DNA of 54,969 bases from Actinomycetota bacterium (lineage in GTDB: Bacteria; Actinomycetota; UBA4738; CALAEC01): positions 1 through 54,969 of the forward strand of contig JBOGWA010000099.1 of NCBI GenBank assembly GCA_050693155.1, in the 5' to 3' direction. This document shows positions 10,342 through 21,309 of this stretch, in pieces. Position 1 is the stretch's first letter. Each line of letters opens with the position of its first letter. The translations under genes were made by a program, and so were the position numbers. The notes under the pieces are model-generated. The model made no database searches. It was not told the DNA's origin and saw nothing but the letters and a program-made list of their open reading frames with translations.

Positions 10342-10818
10342 CTACTTGCCGGTCCCGGTGTATGTAAAGGTCGCCTCGAACCCCGTATACATGCAGACGA
10401 TGACCTTCGTCATGTTCGCAGGAATCGCTCCGGTTTCCCCCCCGCTCTCGCGGGTCTCATACGTGACGGTCTTCCCCACCGTCATCTGATCCCCGAAGTC
10501 GGGGTAGAAGATGATGTCGAGATCGACGCTCTCGCCCCCCGTCACCTCCAGGACGAACTTGCCGTTCCAGGTCGCCTTGTCGACATCGAAGTCGTAGCCG
10601 AAGAACCCCTGGGGCCCGCTGCCGGCGGCCAGGACGAGCCTGCGATGCACGCCGGAGAAGCACGTCTCGGGGGCGGTCGGCGCGATCACCGGGAACGTCA
10701 CCCCGCCCTCGACAATCTGAGTCGGAGGCGCCTTCTTCTTCTTCTTGCCCGCAACCGCGCCTGCCGGCGCGAGCGCGAGCGCGAGAACAAGCGTCGCGAC
10801 TAGCCATCTCTTCGCCAT
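10342..10818 (-). CDS. Small secreted protein of unknown function (signal peptide followed by a poly-Lys linker)
   Basis: 158 aa. It has a signal peptide 'MAKRWLVATLVLALALAPAGAVA', then 'GKKKKKAPP', then a beta-rich domain with two Cys. No family was recognised. Confidence 0.6.
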   Translation of the reverse strand: MAKRWLVATLVLALALAPAGAVAGKKKKKAPPTQIVEGGVTFPVIAPTAPETCFSGVHRRLVLAAGSGPQGFFGYDFDVDKATWNGKFVLEVTGGESVDLDIIFYPDFGDQMTVGKTVTYETRESGGETGAIPANMTKVIVCMYTGFEATFTYTGTGK

Positions 10819-10992
10819 TGAGCAATCCTCCCCTAGCAGTGCTCCTTCAGGGTAATTCGCTCAAATGCCGCAATCTCCTTCATGGCCAGAACGCTCTTGT
10901 CCTCGGGCGCCGATCCCGAGAGCGTTGCCGGTCCGAACAGGCTCGTATAGCATCGTCGTCCGCACCGGCCGAGCCAGCAAACGGAGTACCGC

Positions 10993-11580
10993 GTGACGAC
11001 TCGCAATCCACGGCTTTGGTTCCTCGTATTGATGCTCGCCTTCGTTGCGGCGGGCGCCTTTGCATGCAGCGGAGAGGACCCCAAGACAACGCTTCAGACT
11101 CTTCGCGACGGACTGGATGCCCACAGTGCCGGGCGTCTCCAGGAAGCGGTCGAGGCCTACACGACAGTCCTCGAGCAGGACCCGGACAACAAGTTCGCCC
11201 TCTACAATCTAGGACTCATCGCTCAGACCACGGGCAGCCCGAACGAGGCCGAGACCTACTACCGTCGCGTCCTCGAGATCGATCCCGATTTCGCGGCCGC
11301 GCTCTTCAACCTCGCGATCCTCAGGAATCGGGTCGGGTCGTTTCAAGAAGCGATCGAACTGTATCGGCGCGTGATCGCAATCGACCCCGTCAATGCGGGC
11401 GCCCACCTAAATCTAGGCTTTGTGCTCAAGAGAATCGGCAAGGAGAAGGAAGGCGAGAAGGAGATCGCACGCGCGCGTGAGCTCGACCCGAGCCTCGCGC
11501 CGGGCCAGGGCTCGGAGACCGACGAATCCCCCAAAGGAAAGACGACCGGCGGGCGCCCCGACGGGAACGCGAGTGGGTAG
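10993..11580 (+). CDS. TPR-repeat lipoprotein
   Basis: 195 aa with a GTG start and a lipobox 'AAGAFAC'. Three to four TPR units are visible ('AVEAYTTVLEQDPDNKFALYNLGL', 'AETYYRRVLEIDPDFAAALFNLAI', 'AIELYRRVIAIDPVNAGAHLNLGF'). Confidence 0.75.
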   Translation: MTTRNPRLWFLVLMLAFVAAGAFACSGEDPKTTLQTLRDGLDAHSAGRLQEAVEAYTTVLEQDPDNKFALYNLGLIAQTTGSPNEAETYYRRVLEIDPDFAAALFNLAILRNRVGSFQEAIELYRRVIAIDPVNAGAHLNLGFVLKRIGKEKEGEKEIARARELDPSLAPGQGSETDESPKGKTTGGRPDGNASG

Positions 11581-11589
11581 CAAGTCGGA

Positions 11590-13768
11590 TCATGCCGCGT
11601 CGGCTGAGTGGTTGAACCGGCGCCCTCGCCCGTAGAACGCGAGTCCCGCGATCGCCGCAGCCCCGAGACCCAACAACAGCGGATAGCTCCCGTACGGCAC
11701 ATACCGAAGGACCACATCGCTTCGTCCCGGCGGAACGGTAACGGCCACAAAGGACGGGGCCACCATGTACGTGGGGCGAAGAACTCCGTTGACGTACGCC
11801 TCCCATCTCGGGTCGTACGTGGACTTGAGCATGACCGCAGCCGTTCGATTCGCATTCACCGTTCCCGCAAAGAACCCGTCGATAGGCCCCGCGAACTGGC
11901 GCTCCACGACGCCGGCCGACCCTCGGATGCCGGCGTTGGGAACGGTCGTCGGGGCCCCCGACTCCAGCTCGCCGAACGCGACGAGCGGATGCACCCCGTT
12001 TGCCGGCAGTCCTGACTGGAGGAATGACTTCATTTGCGTCGCCAGATTCGTTCGGTCGGCGGTAATGGCGGGGATCGTGTCGACCAGCTTCAGATACCCG
12101 GATGTGTCCACTTCCCAGAGTGTGTGGCGACCGCGTCGCGCGAGCAACGTCGCCGGGACCCCAGGTTGTCTCGTTTCCGGAAGGATGAGGTACCTCACGT
12201 TGAACAGGTCGTAGTGCGCAGCGTTGGTCTCCTCGAAGAGCGTCTCGATATCAGTCGAGAGCGACGGCGTGCGAAGGGTGAACCCAATCGCGTCCAAATC
12301 TCGATTCGCAAGGACCGCATACATCGGAACGAAGCCGATGCGGTACTCGTCCCCCCACCGTCCCCTCATCCCGGCAAAGAACCGACCGGGACCGCGCGAA
12401 CGCGCCTCCGCGATCAGGCTCCCCACCCTGCTTCCGTCCAGGCGATCGTCGAGAACCTGAAAGTTGATCAGCTCCGCCCCCCGCGCGTCGAACCGAGCCC
12501 GCTCGAGGACGGCAGGCAGAAGCAAAATCATCGACAGGGCAACGGCGACCCCAAGGGCCCCGACGGGCTCGACCCTGGGGAGCCGGGCCCGGATGGTCGA
12601 AACGACAAAGGAGCCCAGCCGAGCAAGACCGACTCCCGCGAGGACGATGCCGCCGAGATGAACTCCCGTGACCATTCGACGGAGGAACAGGTCTTCGGCG
12701 CCGGGTAGGAGACGAAGAAGAGGGCCGAGTGTGGGGCGGCCGAAGAACAGCAGCAAGCTGAGCACCGAGAAGGACACGATCGCGCGGGCTCGATGATCAC
12801 GACGAAGTCGAGCAACGCAATGGACCAGACCGATTGCCGCGAGGAGCGTGATCACCGGGAGCCGGCCGCGGTCGAACATCTCGCCCGACACGAGCCAGCC
12901 CAGGACCTCCCCTGCGCCGAACGAGTCACGATAGAAGCTGCCCTGCAGGTAGATGCTTTGATTGGCCGTTGCTCGATCTCCTAGCAGCGGGACCAGGATC
13001 CAGGCGGCCGCCAACAACCCACCGGCCCCCACGAGCAGACCGTGACGGACTCGACGCAGGAGTCCACCCGGGGCGACCAAGACCCAGAGCCCGACCGCCA
13101 GTAGCGACAGGTATCCGACTATGAAATGGGACGCGAGCGTCGCGGCGAGCAGCACCGCCGCCAGGGCAAACCGCCTGCCGTGCCCAACCGCTTGCCAAGA
13201 GAGCCCCAGCGAGATGGGCAGCGTCCACATCGCCCACAGCTGCGCCCACACGCCCGACCCTCGCCACACGTAGCTCCCGTGCTCGAAGCCGATCCCCGGC
13301 GCGCTGACAAGCAGGGGCGAGACGAGGGCCGCCGACCCCGCGACCCATCGTGACCAGCCCAGTAGACGCGACCCCAGGTACACGCTGATCGGCCAGAGGG
13401 CCAGGAGCAGATAGACGGACCATCGGAAGGCGGCGTCCGGGCCGAAGATTCGGCCAACGAGGCCGGTCAGGATGTGGGGCAGGCTGTGATAACGGTGAAA
13501 GCGGGAAGATCCGAGGCCCAGATATGGATACCAACCGTCGAGCGGTAGTTGCTCGCGCTCAATCCGGGTCTCCGCCCAGCGAACCATCTGCGCGTGGACC
13601 GCGCTGTCGTTCAGGTTGTTCGCGGGCGTGACCTCAGGGCGAAGAACGACGAGGTTGAAGAGCACGGCGGCCGCGACGAGCAGCAAGGGCGCGGAGCGCG
13701 CCCACGTCAGAACCCACGATCGCATCGCGAAAAGTTTCGCGACGAGGGAGCTTGTGTGATCCTGCGGG

Positions 13769-13785
<17 letters not shown>
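11590..13785 (-). CDS. Large polytopic membrane protein with a C-terminal extracytoplasmic domain and a terminal TM helix; YfhO/GT-C-like architecture (putative glycosyltransferase)
   Basis: 731 aa with about 12 TM helices, a first loop '[17 protein letters not shown]...[10 protein letters not shown]', a soluble domain of about 270 aa and a final TM helix. The GTG start at 13785 overlaps the collagen-like gene by 17 nt. An alternative ATG at 13725 would leave a 43-nt gap. The family call rests on architecture only. Confidence 0.6.
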
Positions 13786-14878
<1,093 letters not shown>

Positions 14879-15063
14879 GCGTTCCCTCCTGGGATCGGCC
14901 TACCCATCAGGAGGCTACTGGCCTGGTTATGGGCTTGTCAACCTTCACAAGGCAGACATTTGCACCAACTCTCTGCGGGGAGGCGCGGTAGCCATCGGCT
15001 GCGCCTCCTGCTATGTTCTCGAAACCCGAGCGAACCGCCCGAACCGGGCGCGGAGGAAACAGA

Positions 15064-15483
15064 ATGTTCAAGAAGCTCGTGGTCGGGACCGATGGCTCCG
15101 ACTCCGCCGAGCGAGCGGTGACCCACGCGGCAACGCTCGCGAAGGAGGGTGCCGCTCAGCTCGTCGTCGTCCATGCCTACCCCGAGGCCCGGTCCGACGC
15201 CCCAACGACGTTTGGGGCCGCGGACGCCTATCCCGCCGCCGAGATCGGCAAGGCGATCCTGGAAGACGTCGCGAAGCACCACGACGAAGCAAAGATCAAG
15301 ACCGTCCTCGGCCAGGGGGATGCGGCGGAGGTCCTCATCGACGTAGCAGACCAGGAGAACGCGGATCTCATCGTCGTCGGCAACAAGGGGATGACAGGGG
15401 CGAAACGGTTCGTGCTAGGGTCGGTGCCGAACCGGATCTCTCATCACGCGCCGTGTTCGGTTCTCATCGTCCACACGACCTAG
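15064..15483 (+). CDS. Universal stress protein (UspA family)
   Basis: 'MFKKLVVGTDGSDSAERAV' and the ATP-binding tail 'VVGNKGMTGAKRFVLGSVPNRISHHAPCSVLIV'. The ATG at 15064 follows GGAGGAAACAGA. Confidence 0.85.
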   Translation: MFKKLVVGTDGSDSAERAVTHAATLAKEGAAQLVVVHAYPEARSDAPTTFGAADAYPAAEIGKAILEDVAKHHDEAKIKTVLGQGDAAEVLIDVADQENADLIVVGNKGMTGAKRFVLGSVPNRISHHAPCSVLIVHTT

Positions 15484-15485
15484 CC

Positions 15486-15848
15486 ATGTACGAGAAGATC
15501 CTCATTGCAACCGACGGTTCGGAAACCGCGGCGAAGGCAGTGGCGGTGGGCGCCGACGTGGCAAAGACGGTGGGGGCCAAGGTGCTTCTCCTTCACGTCG
15601 GCGACGCGGCGGAAGGGGAGAAGATCCTGGCCGACACCGCCAAGGGGATCAAGGGAGACGTCGAGACCAAATCCGTGGACGGCGACCCAGCCGACCGCAT
15701 CCTCGACGTCGCCGAGAACGAGGGCGTCGACTTGATCGTGATCGGGAACAGGGGGATGACGGGCGCGAAGCGCTTCCTCCTTGGGTCGGTTCCGAACGCC
15801 ATCAGCCATCACGCGACCTGCAACGTCCTGATCGTCAAGACCACCTAA
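15486..15848 (+). CDS. Universal stress protein (UspA family), short single-domain form
   Basis: 120 aa. 'MYEKILIATDGSETAAKAV...VIGNRGMTGAKRFLLGSVPNAISHHATCNVLIV'. It starts 2 nt after the previous stop. Confidence 0.85.
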   Translation: MYEKILIATDGSETAAKAVAVGADVAKTVGAKVLLLHVGDAAEGEKILADTAKGIKGDVETKSVDGDPADRILDVAENEGVDLIVIGNRGMTGAKRFLLGSVPNAISHHATCNVLIVKTT

Positions 15849-15905
15849 CCTTACCGAGAGCCCCGATCGCTGCGTAACGGTCTGAAGGATGCGCGCTGGG
15901 CGCCA

Positions 15906-15924
15906 GATACCCCTGGGGGGTATC
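15906..15924 (+). promoter_or_regulatory. Putative CsoR operator (GATACCCC-TGG-GGGGTATC palindrome) overlapping a TATCAT -10-like hexamer
   Basis: 8-bp perfect inverted-repeat arms lie 35 nt upstream of the csoR ATG. The GC-rich TACCC...GGGTA palindrome is the known architecture of CsoR operators. Confidence 0.55.
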
Positions 15925-15958
15925 ATGAGGAACAAAATCCTCACCCGGGAGGAGCGCG

Positions 15959-16234
15959 ATGTACGGCTACGCCATGAACAAGGATCAGGTCCTCGCACGG
16001 CTCCGGAAGATCGAGGGACAGGTCCGGGGCCTCGCCCGCATGGTGGAGAGCGACGAGTACTGCATCGACATCCTGACCCAGATCGGGGCGGTGCAGGCCG
16101 CTCTCAAGGGGGTAGCGATGGGGCTGCTGGACGATCACGTCCGCCACTGCGTCCGCGAGAGCATCGAGGAGACTGGCGGCGAGGAGAAGGTCGAAGAGCT
16201 CGTCGCGGCCGTGTCGCGGATGGTGGGTAGGTAA
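15959..16234 (+). CDS. csoR: CsoR-family copper-sensing transcriptional repressor
   Basis: 91 aa. 'RLRKIEGQVRGLARMVESDEYCIDILTQIGAVQAAL' plus 'HVRHC' gives the C-H-C metal-ligand pattern of CsoR/RcnR (DUF156). Confidence 0.85.
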   Translation: MYGYAMNKDQVLARLRKIEGQVRGLARMVESDEYCIDILTQIGAVQAALKGVAMGLLDDHVRHCVRESIEETGGEEKVEELVAAVSRMVGR

Positions 16235-16237
16235 GCA

Positions 16238-18304
16238 GTGGAACAAGGACACGACGCGCACCAAGGACTCGGCGCACACCAAGAACACGCCGGCGCCGCA
16301 GACGTCGAAGGGCACGATCGGCACGCGGGCCACTCGATCGCGATGTTCCGGAACCGGTTCTGGATCTGCCTCGCTCTTACGATCCCCGTCCTCATCTACG
16401 CCCAGAGCCTCTGGGAGCTCGTCGGGCTCGAGCCGCCCGACCTGCCCGCCCGCCAGGCCGTCTCCTTCGCTCTCGGGACCGTGATCTACCTCTACGGCGG
16501 GATCGTCTTCCTGCGATCCGCCGCCGGGGAGCTCCGTTCCAGGATGCCCGGCATGATGACGCTCGTCGCGGTTGGGATCACGGCCGCCTACGCGTATAGC
16601 GCTGCGACGACCTTCTTCCTCGAGGGCGAAGGTTTCTACTGGGAGCTCGCGACCCTCGTCGACATCATGCTCCTCGGGCACTGGATCGAGATGCGCTCGG
16701 TCGATCGGGCGCAGGGCGCGCTCGCGGAACTCGCGCGACTCCTGCCCGACACGGCCGAGCGGGTCGCCGATGGGAGCAGCGAGGTGGTTGCCCTTTCGGA
16801 GCTCGCCGTGGGAGATGTCGTCCTCGTTCGTCCGGGTGGGCGGATTCCCGCCGACGGAGAGGTCGTCGAGGGCGAGTCGCACGTGAACGAGGCGATGCTG
16901 ACCGGCGAGTCGAGGCCTGTGGGCAAGGCCCCCGGCAACGAGGTCATCGCAGGGACCGTGAACGAGGAAGGGGCCCTCCACGTGAAGGTCACCAGGACGG
17001 GGGAGGACACGGCCCTGTTCGGGATCATGAAACTGGTGCAAGAAGCCCAGGCCTCCAAGTCGCGCGCGCAGTTCATCGCCGATCGTGCCGCCATGTATCT
17101 GACCTACGTCGCGATCGCGGCCGGACTCGGTACGGCCCTCGCGTGGACCCTCCTCGCCAGCGAGGTGACGACCGACTTCATCATCGCCCGGGCCGTCACC
17201 GTTGTCGTCATCGCCTGCCCCCATGCCCTCGGCCTTGCGGTTCCTCTCGTCGTCGCGATCTCCACGAGTCTCTCCGCACGAAACGGCCTGCTCGTCCGGA
17301 ACCGAATGGCGCTCGAGCGTGCACGGGACCTCGACACCGTCATCTTCGACAAAACAGGGACACTCACCGTCGGTGAGCTCGGGGTCGTGGGCATCGCGAC
17401 CGCCGACGGTCGAGGAGACGAGGAGGCCCTCGCCGTCGCTGCGGGGCTCGAGCGAACGAGCGAGCACGCGCTGGCCCGAGCATTCGTGCGGGAGGCCGAG
17501 CGCCGCGATCTTCGGGCCGTAGACGTGAAGGGTTTCGAAGCGATGAAGGGAAAGGGTGTCCGCGCTCGCGTCAACGGGTCGGAGGTCTCCCTGGGCGGCC
17601 CCCGGATGCTCGAGGAGCTCGGCGCGGAGATGCCCGAGACAGTTCGCGATCAAGCGCACGCATGGTCCGGGGAAGGAAAGACCGTCGTGAGTCTCGTGGA
17701 GGACGGCCGAATCTCGGCCGTCTTCGCTCTCGCCGACCGGATCAGAGATGAGTCGCGTGAAGCAGTCCGGCGCCTGAAGAGCGCAGGGATCGGCGTGGCG
17801 ATGATCACCGGTGACTCGGCGGCCGTGGCCGACTGGGTCGCGGCCGAGGTCGGCCTGGATGAGACCTACGCCGACGTGCTTCCCGAACACAAGGCTGAAA
17901 AGGTGAAGGCGCTTCAAGAGCAAGGCCGGGTCGTCGCGATGGTCGGAGACGGCGTGAACGACGCACCGGCGCTCGTACAGGCGGACGTCGGGATCGCGAT
18001 CGGCGCCGGGACCGACGTTGCGATCGAATCGGCCGATGTGGTCCTCGTGCGCGACGACCCCCGGGACGTCGCGCGCGTCGTCGACCTCTCTCGAGCGACG
18101 TATCGGAAGATGGTTCAGAACCTGGGCTGGGCCACTGGATACAACGCCTTCGCGATTCCCCTGGCCGCCGGAGTCCTGGCGCCCGTCGGCTTCTTGCTGC
18201 CGCCAGCGCTCGGGGCGCTCTTGATGTCGATCAGCACCGTGATCGTTGCCGCGAACGCTCAACTGCTCAGGCGAGATCGAAGCCTCGGCGCGGCAAGGGA
18301 CTAG
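16238..18304 (+). CDS. copB: Copper-translocating P1B-type ATPase, CopB-like (His-rich N-terminus, CPH motif)
   Basis: 688 aa with a His-rich N-terminus (HDAHQGLGAHQEHAG...HDRHAGH). Motifs present are 'TGES', the TM6 'CPH' in 'VIACPHALGLAVP', 'DKTGTLT' and 'GDGVNDAP'. Confidence 0.9.
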   Translation: MEQGHDAHQGLGAHQEHAGAADVEGHDRHAGHSIAMFRNRFWICLALTIPVLIYAQSLWELVGLEPPDLPARQAVSFALGTVIYLYGGIVFLRSAAGELRSRMPGMMTLVAVGITAAYAYSAATTFFLEGEGFYWELATLVDIMLLGHWIEMRSVDRAQGALAELARLLPDTAERVADGSSEVVALSELAVGDVVLVRPGGRIPADGEVVEGESHVNEAMLTGESRPVGKAPGNEVIAGTVNEEGALHVKVTRTGEDTALFGIMKLVQEAQASKSRAQFIADRAAMYLTYVAIAAGLGTALAWTLLASEVTTDFIIARAVTVVVIACPHALGLAVPLVVAISTSLSARNGLLVRNRMALERARDLDTVIFDKTGTLTVGELGVVGIATADGRGDEEALAVAAGLERTSEHALARAFVREAERRDLRAVDVKGFEAMKGKGVRARVNGSEVSLGGPRMLEELGAEMPETVRDQAHAWSGEGKTVVSLVEDGRISAVFALADRIRDESREAVRRLKSAGIGVAMITGDSAAVADWVAAEVGLDETYADVLPEHKAEKVKALQEQGRVVAMVGDGVNDAPALVQADVGIAIGAGTDVAIESADVVLVRDDPRDVARVVDLSRATYRKMVQNLGWATGYNAFAIPLAAGVLAPVGFLLPPALGALLMSISTVIVAANAQLLRRDRSLGAARD

Positions 18305-18702
18305 CCCGCCAGGAACGACAGGACGACCGTTCTTCGGTTGTTCTCGCGGTTGGGATCGACGATCACGACGCGCTGCCAGGTTCCGAAGACAACCTCGCCC
18401 CCAGAAACCGGCAGGACGAGCGAGGGGTTGATGAACGCTGGGAGCAGGTGGTCCGCTCCGTGGCCGGTTGATCCATGTCGGTGCCTGTACCGATCGTCTC
18501 GAGGAAGAAGCGACTCGATCGCGCTAACCAAATCCTCCTCGGACCCCGCGCCCGTCTCGATGAGAGCGACACCTGCGGTGGCGTGGGGCAAGAACACGTG
18601 GAGGAGACCGTCACCCTTCCCGGCCGCAAACTCCGCAACGTGATGGGTGATCTCGACGACTACGCGGCCACCCGTGTCGACGGTGATTCGCTCGGTTTCC
18701 AT
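18301..18702 (-). CDS. YjbQ/UPF0047 family protein (secondary thiamine-phosphate synthase-like)
   Basis: 133 aa. 'VEITHHV...GLLHVFLPHATAGVALIE...D..RDDRYRHRHG...HGADHL...GTWQRVVIVD' is typical of UPF0047. Confidence 0.8.
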   Translation of the reverse strand: METERITVDTGGRVVVEITHHVAEFAAGKGDGLLHVFLPHATAGVALIETGAGSEEDLVSAIESLLPRDDRYRHRHGSTGHGADHLLPAFINPSLVLPVSGGEVVFGTWQRVVIVDPNRENNRRTVVLSFLAG

Positions 18703-18777
18703 CCGCGCCCGGAGCGTAGCGTGTGGTTCCCCGTCGCTTCAGTCCATGACGGAGCGTGCCGAGTACGCTGAATCGGA

Positions 18778-19686
18778 ATGAAGATTCCACGTCTTGCTAC
18801 TCCGATTCTCGCTCTTGGGCTGGCGGCATCCGCCTGTGCGGGGCCTGCGTCCTCGCTCACCACCGGCCCGCCAGGTGCGACGACGTCCCCGCCGGAGTCA
18901 CGGTTCGCGCAAGTCGGGTCCTTCTCGGCCGTGAAAGCGATGGAACACCTCGAGGAGCTCGCGGGCCGGATCGGGCCGAGGGCTGCCGTTTCGGACGGAT
19001 ACCTGCGCGGAACCCGCTACGTCGAAGGCGTCCTCCACGAGCTCGGGTACAAGACGCGACGCGATCCGTTCGAGATTCCCGGGGTCGGCGAGTCGTGGAA
19101 CACCGTCGCTCGGGCCCCTGGGGCGCGTGGCGGGCGGTTACTCATCGGGGCGCATCTCGACACGGTCGAAGGGGCGCCCGGCGGAAACGACAACGCCAGC
19201 GGCGTCGCCACCGTGCTCGAGCTCGCGCGAATCTTCGCGGACACTCGATTCGTCGGCCGGATCACCTTCGTCGCGTTCGGCGCCGAGGAGCGCCAGCCGA
19301 CCGGCGAACATCACTACGGATCAGACTCGTATTCGGCAGAGATGAGCGAGCGAGAGGCGGCCGGGTTTCGGGCCATGGTGTCGGTGGACATGATCGGCAA
19401 GAACGTGCCGCTCCTCGTGGCGTGGATGTCGGTGGGAAGTCGGGCCACGGTCGACGGGATCTTGGCGGCGGCGGACGCGAGGAGTGTGGCCGCCGAGGAG
19501 CTGGTGACCCCCAAGTGGTCGGACAACGGCGCGTTCGAGCTGATCGGCGTGCCCTCGGCGCTCATGTGGACCGGCTTCGAGCCCAACCACCACGAGGTGA
19601 CCGATACCGCCGACAACGTGGACCTCATCGCCCTTCGAAACGCCGGTCGCGTCCTGAAAACGTTCGTGCTCACCCTCTTGCGCTGA
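18778..19686 (+). CDS. M28-family aminopeptidase lipoprotein
   Basis: Lipobox 'LAASAC', with zinc-ligand regions 'GAHLDTVEGAPGGNDNASGVATVLELAR' and 'FVAFGAEE'. Confidence 0.8.
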   Translation: MKIPRLATPILALGLAASACAGPASSLTTGPPGATTSPPESRFAQVGSFSAVKAMEHLEELAGRIGPRAAVSDGYLRGTRYVEGVLHELGYKTRRDPFEIPGVGESWNTVARAPGARGGRLLIGAHLDTVEGAPGGNDNASGVATVLELARIFADTRFVGRITFVAFGAEERQPTGEHHYGSDSYSAEMSEREAAGFRAMVSVDMIGKNVPLLVAWMSVGSRATVDGILAAADARSVAAEELVTPKWSDNGAFELIGVPSALMWTGFEPNHHEVTDTADNVDLIALRNAGRVLKTFVLTLLR

Positions 19687-19788
19687 GCTGAGAGTCGTCC
19701 GAACCACCCTGCCCTGCATCCCCCGCGGTTGCGGTCTCTCCCTGTAGGCTCCAGACCACCCCCCGGACCAACCGATAACAAGGACGCA

Positions 19789-20940
19789 GTGAAGAAGACC
19801 CTTTCATTCGCGTTTGCGGTGCTGATCATCGCCGCAACGCCGCTCGAGGTCCGTTCGGGGCCGGCGAACGGCTTCTCCGACGTTCCTCAGAATTACTGGG
19901 CCGAGGAAGCAATCAACTACGTCGCGGCGGACCGAGACTGGCTCCGCGATTACGGGAACGGCGAGTTCCGCCCCGAGGAGCTGCTCACCAGGCGCCAGGA
20001 AGCGCACGCGCTCGTTCTTGCGTTCGCACCGGACGAGGAGCCCGATCCTCAGCTCGTCTTCACCGACCTGCCGCCGACCGACCCCTCGTATCGCTATGCG
20101 AACGTGGCGGTGAAGCTCCGTTGGATGACCGCAGAGAACGGCGCCTTCCGGCCCGACGACCCGGTAACGAAGGAATCCCTCGACGGCGCTCTCACCCGCG
20201 CGCTCGGCCTCAAGCGTGAGCTCCGGGGCCTTCGGAAGATCCAGACGGCCGACGGCACGCGGCTATCCCGGCCACCGGGGTTTCCCCAGCTCGTGCTCGC
20301 CCACGAGCTAGGGCTGCACTTCAATCACCCGACCGACGCCGAGGCGCGGGAGCTCCTCCCGAGCACGAACGTGCTTCGAGCCGACGCCGCCTACGGGCTC
20401 TTTCGAGCGGCGACGGCAGTCGGGACCTGGAGGATGTCTTCGCTCGAGCGGTACCGCTCGGTCGTCCTGGCCACGATGACGCCCGAGCAGCTGCCGGTAG
20501 CCGAATTCGCCCTCGCTCACGTCGGCTATCCCTACGTCTGGGGCGGCGAGTGGAACGCGCCCACTGCGAACGGGTACTGCTGCGGGGGACAGCCGCAGGG
20601 AGGATTCGACTGCTCGGGGTTTGCATGGTGGGTGCTCCGTGAGCCCACCGACAGTTGGGACAACACGGCCTACCGCCCATACCAGGGCTGGCCCCTTCCC
20701 GAACGGCGATCGCGAGACATGGCGGCCGCCACCCGGAAGAAGATCGGATTTGGGAAGCTTCAACCCCTGGACCTGATGTTCTTTGCCGGAGAGACGGGAG
20801 ACGTGAATCACGCCGGCCTCTACCTCGGCAGCGAGTGGATGGTTCACTCTTCGGGGGGCGGCGGGGGGGTCTCCCTCGGATGGCTGGATGACGGCTATTA
20901 CCGAGAGCGGTTCACCTGGGCGCGGCGCTTGATCGCCTAG
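19789..20940 (+). CDS. Secreted NlpC/P60 peptidoglycan hydrolase with two N-terminal SLH-like repeats
   Basis: GTG start at 19789 followed by a signal peptide. The SLH-like repeats are 'FSDVPQNYWAEEAINYVAA...FRPEELLTRRQEA' and 'FTDLPPTDPSYRYANVAV...FRPDDPVTKESL'. The catalytic residues are in 'GFDCSGFAWWV' (Cys) and 'NHAGLYLG' (His). Confidence 0.75.
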   Translation: MKKTLSFAFAVLIIAATPLEVRSGPANGFSDVPQNYWAEEAINYVAADRDWLRDYGNGEFRPEELLTRRQEAHALVLAFAPDEEPDPQLVFTDLPPTDPSYRYANVAVKLRWMTAENGAFRPDDPVTKESLDGALTRALGLKRELRGLRKIQTADGTRLSRPPGFPQLVLAHELGLHFNHPTDAEARELLPSTNVLRADAAYGLFRAATAVGTWRMSSLERYRSVVLATMTPEQLPVAEFALAHVGYPYVWGGEWNAPTANGYCCGGQPQGGFDCSGFAWWVLREPTDSWDNTAYRPYQGWPLPERRSRDMAAATRKKIGFGKLQPLDLMFFAGETGDVNHAGLYLGSEWMVHSSGGGGGVSLGWLDDGYYRERFTWARRLIA

Positions 20941-21308
20941 GCCTCGCCGATCACCGCGCGGACCTTCTGGAGCATCTCCCCGATCGGAAACGGTCGGCGG
21001 AGCTCGCCGTCTACGTGGAAGAGGCCGACCTTCCCCGTCTCTCCCTTCGAGGCCATGAAGATGATGACCTTGGCCCCGCCGAGCTCTGGGTCGTCACGGA
21101 GCATCCGGAGCGTGTCCCACCCATCCGGGTCTCCCGGAAGCTCGGCGTCCAGCAGGAGAAGGTCGTAGTCGCCCTCGCGCAGCATCTTGAGCCCGGTCTC
21201 CCCGTCCGAAGCCTCGTCGACCTCGTAGCCCTCGAGCTGCAGTCGAAGCACCGGCTGCCGCATGTGTTCCGGTCGGTGATCGATCAGAAGGATCCGCTTT
21301 CTCGCCAT
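20937..21308 (-). CDS. Stand-alone response-regulator receiver domain (atypical)
   Basis: 123 aa. 'RILLIDHRPE' and 'DLLLLDAELPG' (phospho-acceptor Asp) are present. The conserved Lys position reads 'LRRPF', an Arg. There is no output domain. Confidence 0.7.
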   Translation of the reverse strand: MARKRILLIDHRPEHMRQPVLRLQLEGYEVDEASDGETGLKMLREGDYDLLLLDAELPGDPDGWDTLRMLRDDPELGGAKVIIFMASKGETGKVGLFHVDGELRRPFPIGEMLQKVRAVIGEA

Positions 21309-21309
21309 G

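Noticed and set aside
10733-10747. The (CTT)x5 trinucleotide run encoding the poly-Lys linker of the small secreted protein, as a phase-variation tract.
   Set aside because: The repeat is in frame and short, so slippage would only change linker length. There is no evidence of variability from a single sequence.
10257-10818. A genomic island integrated at tRNA-Arg, and likewise at tRNA-Thr (39196..40088).
   Set aside because: No integrase, transposase or direct repeat of the tRNA 3' end was found by eye in the flanks. For the LOX gene, the tRNA adjacency is kept only as a weak hint inside that finding.
15941-18262. Very long ORFs antisense to or out of frame with recognised genes. Examples are the 773-aa ORF opposite copB, and also 702..2159, 4959..6311, 21619..22809, 26508..28232, 35901..37187, 37283..38587 and 48294..50654.
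   Set aside because: Each overlaps a gene with unambiguous family motifs. Their translations are Arg/Gly/Pro/Asp-rich with no motifs. This is the expected artefact of a stop-codon-poor, GC-rich sequence.
19687-19788. A c-di-AMP (ydaO-type) riboswitch upstream of the NlpC/P60 hydrolase, a common arrangement in actinobacteria.
   Set aside because: The intergenic region is only about 100 nt, and I could not find the conserved ydaO core elements or a pseudo-symmetric fold. A covariance-model scan would settle it.
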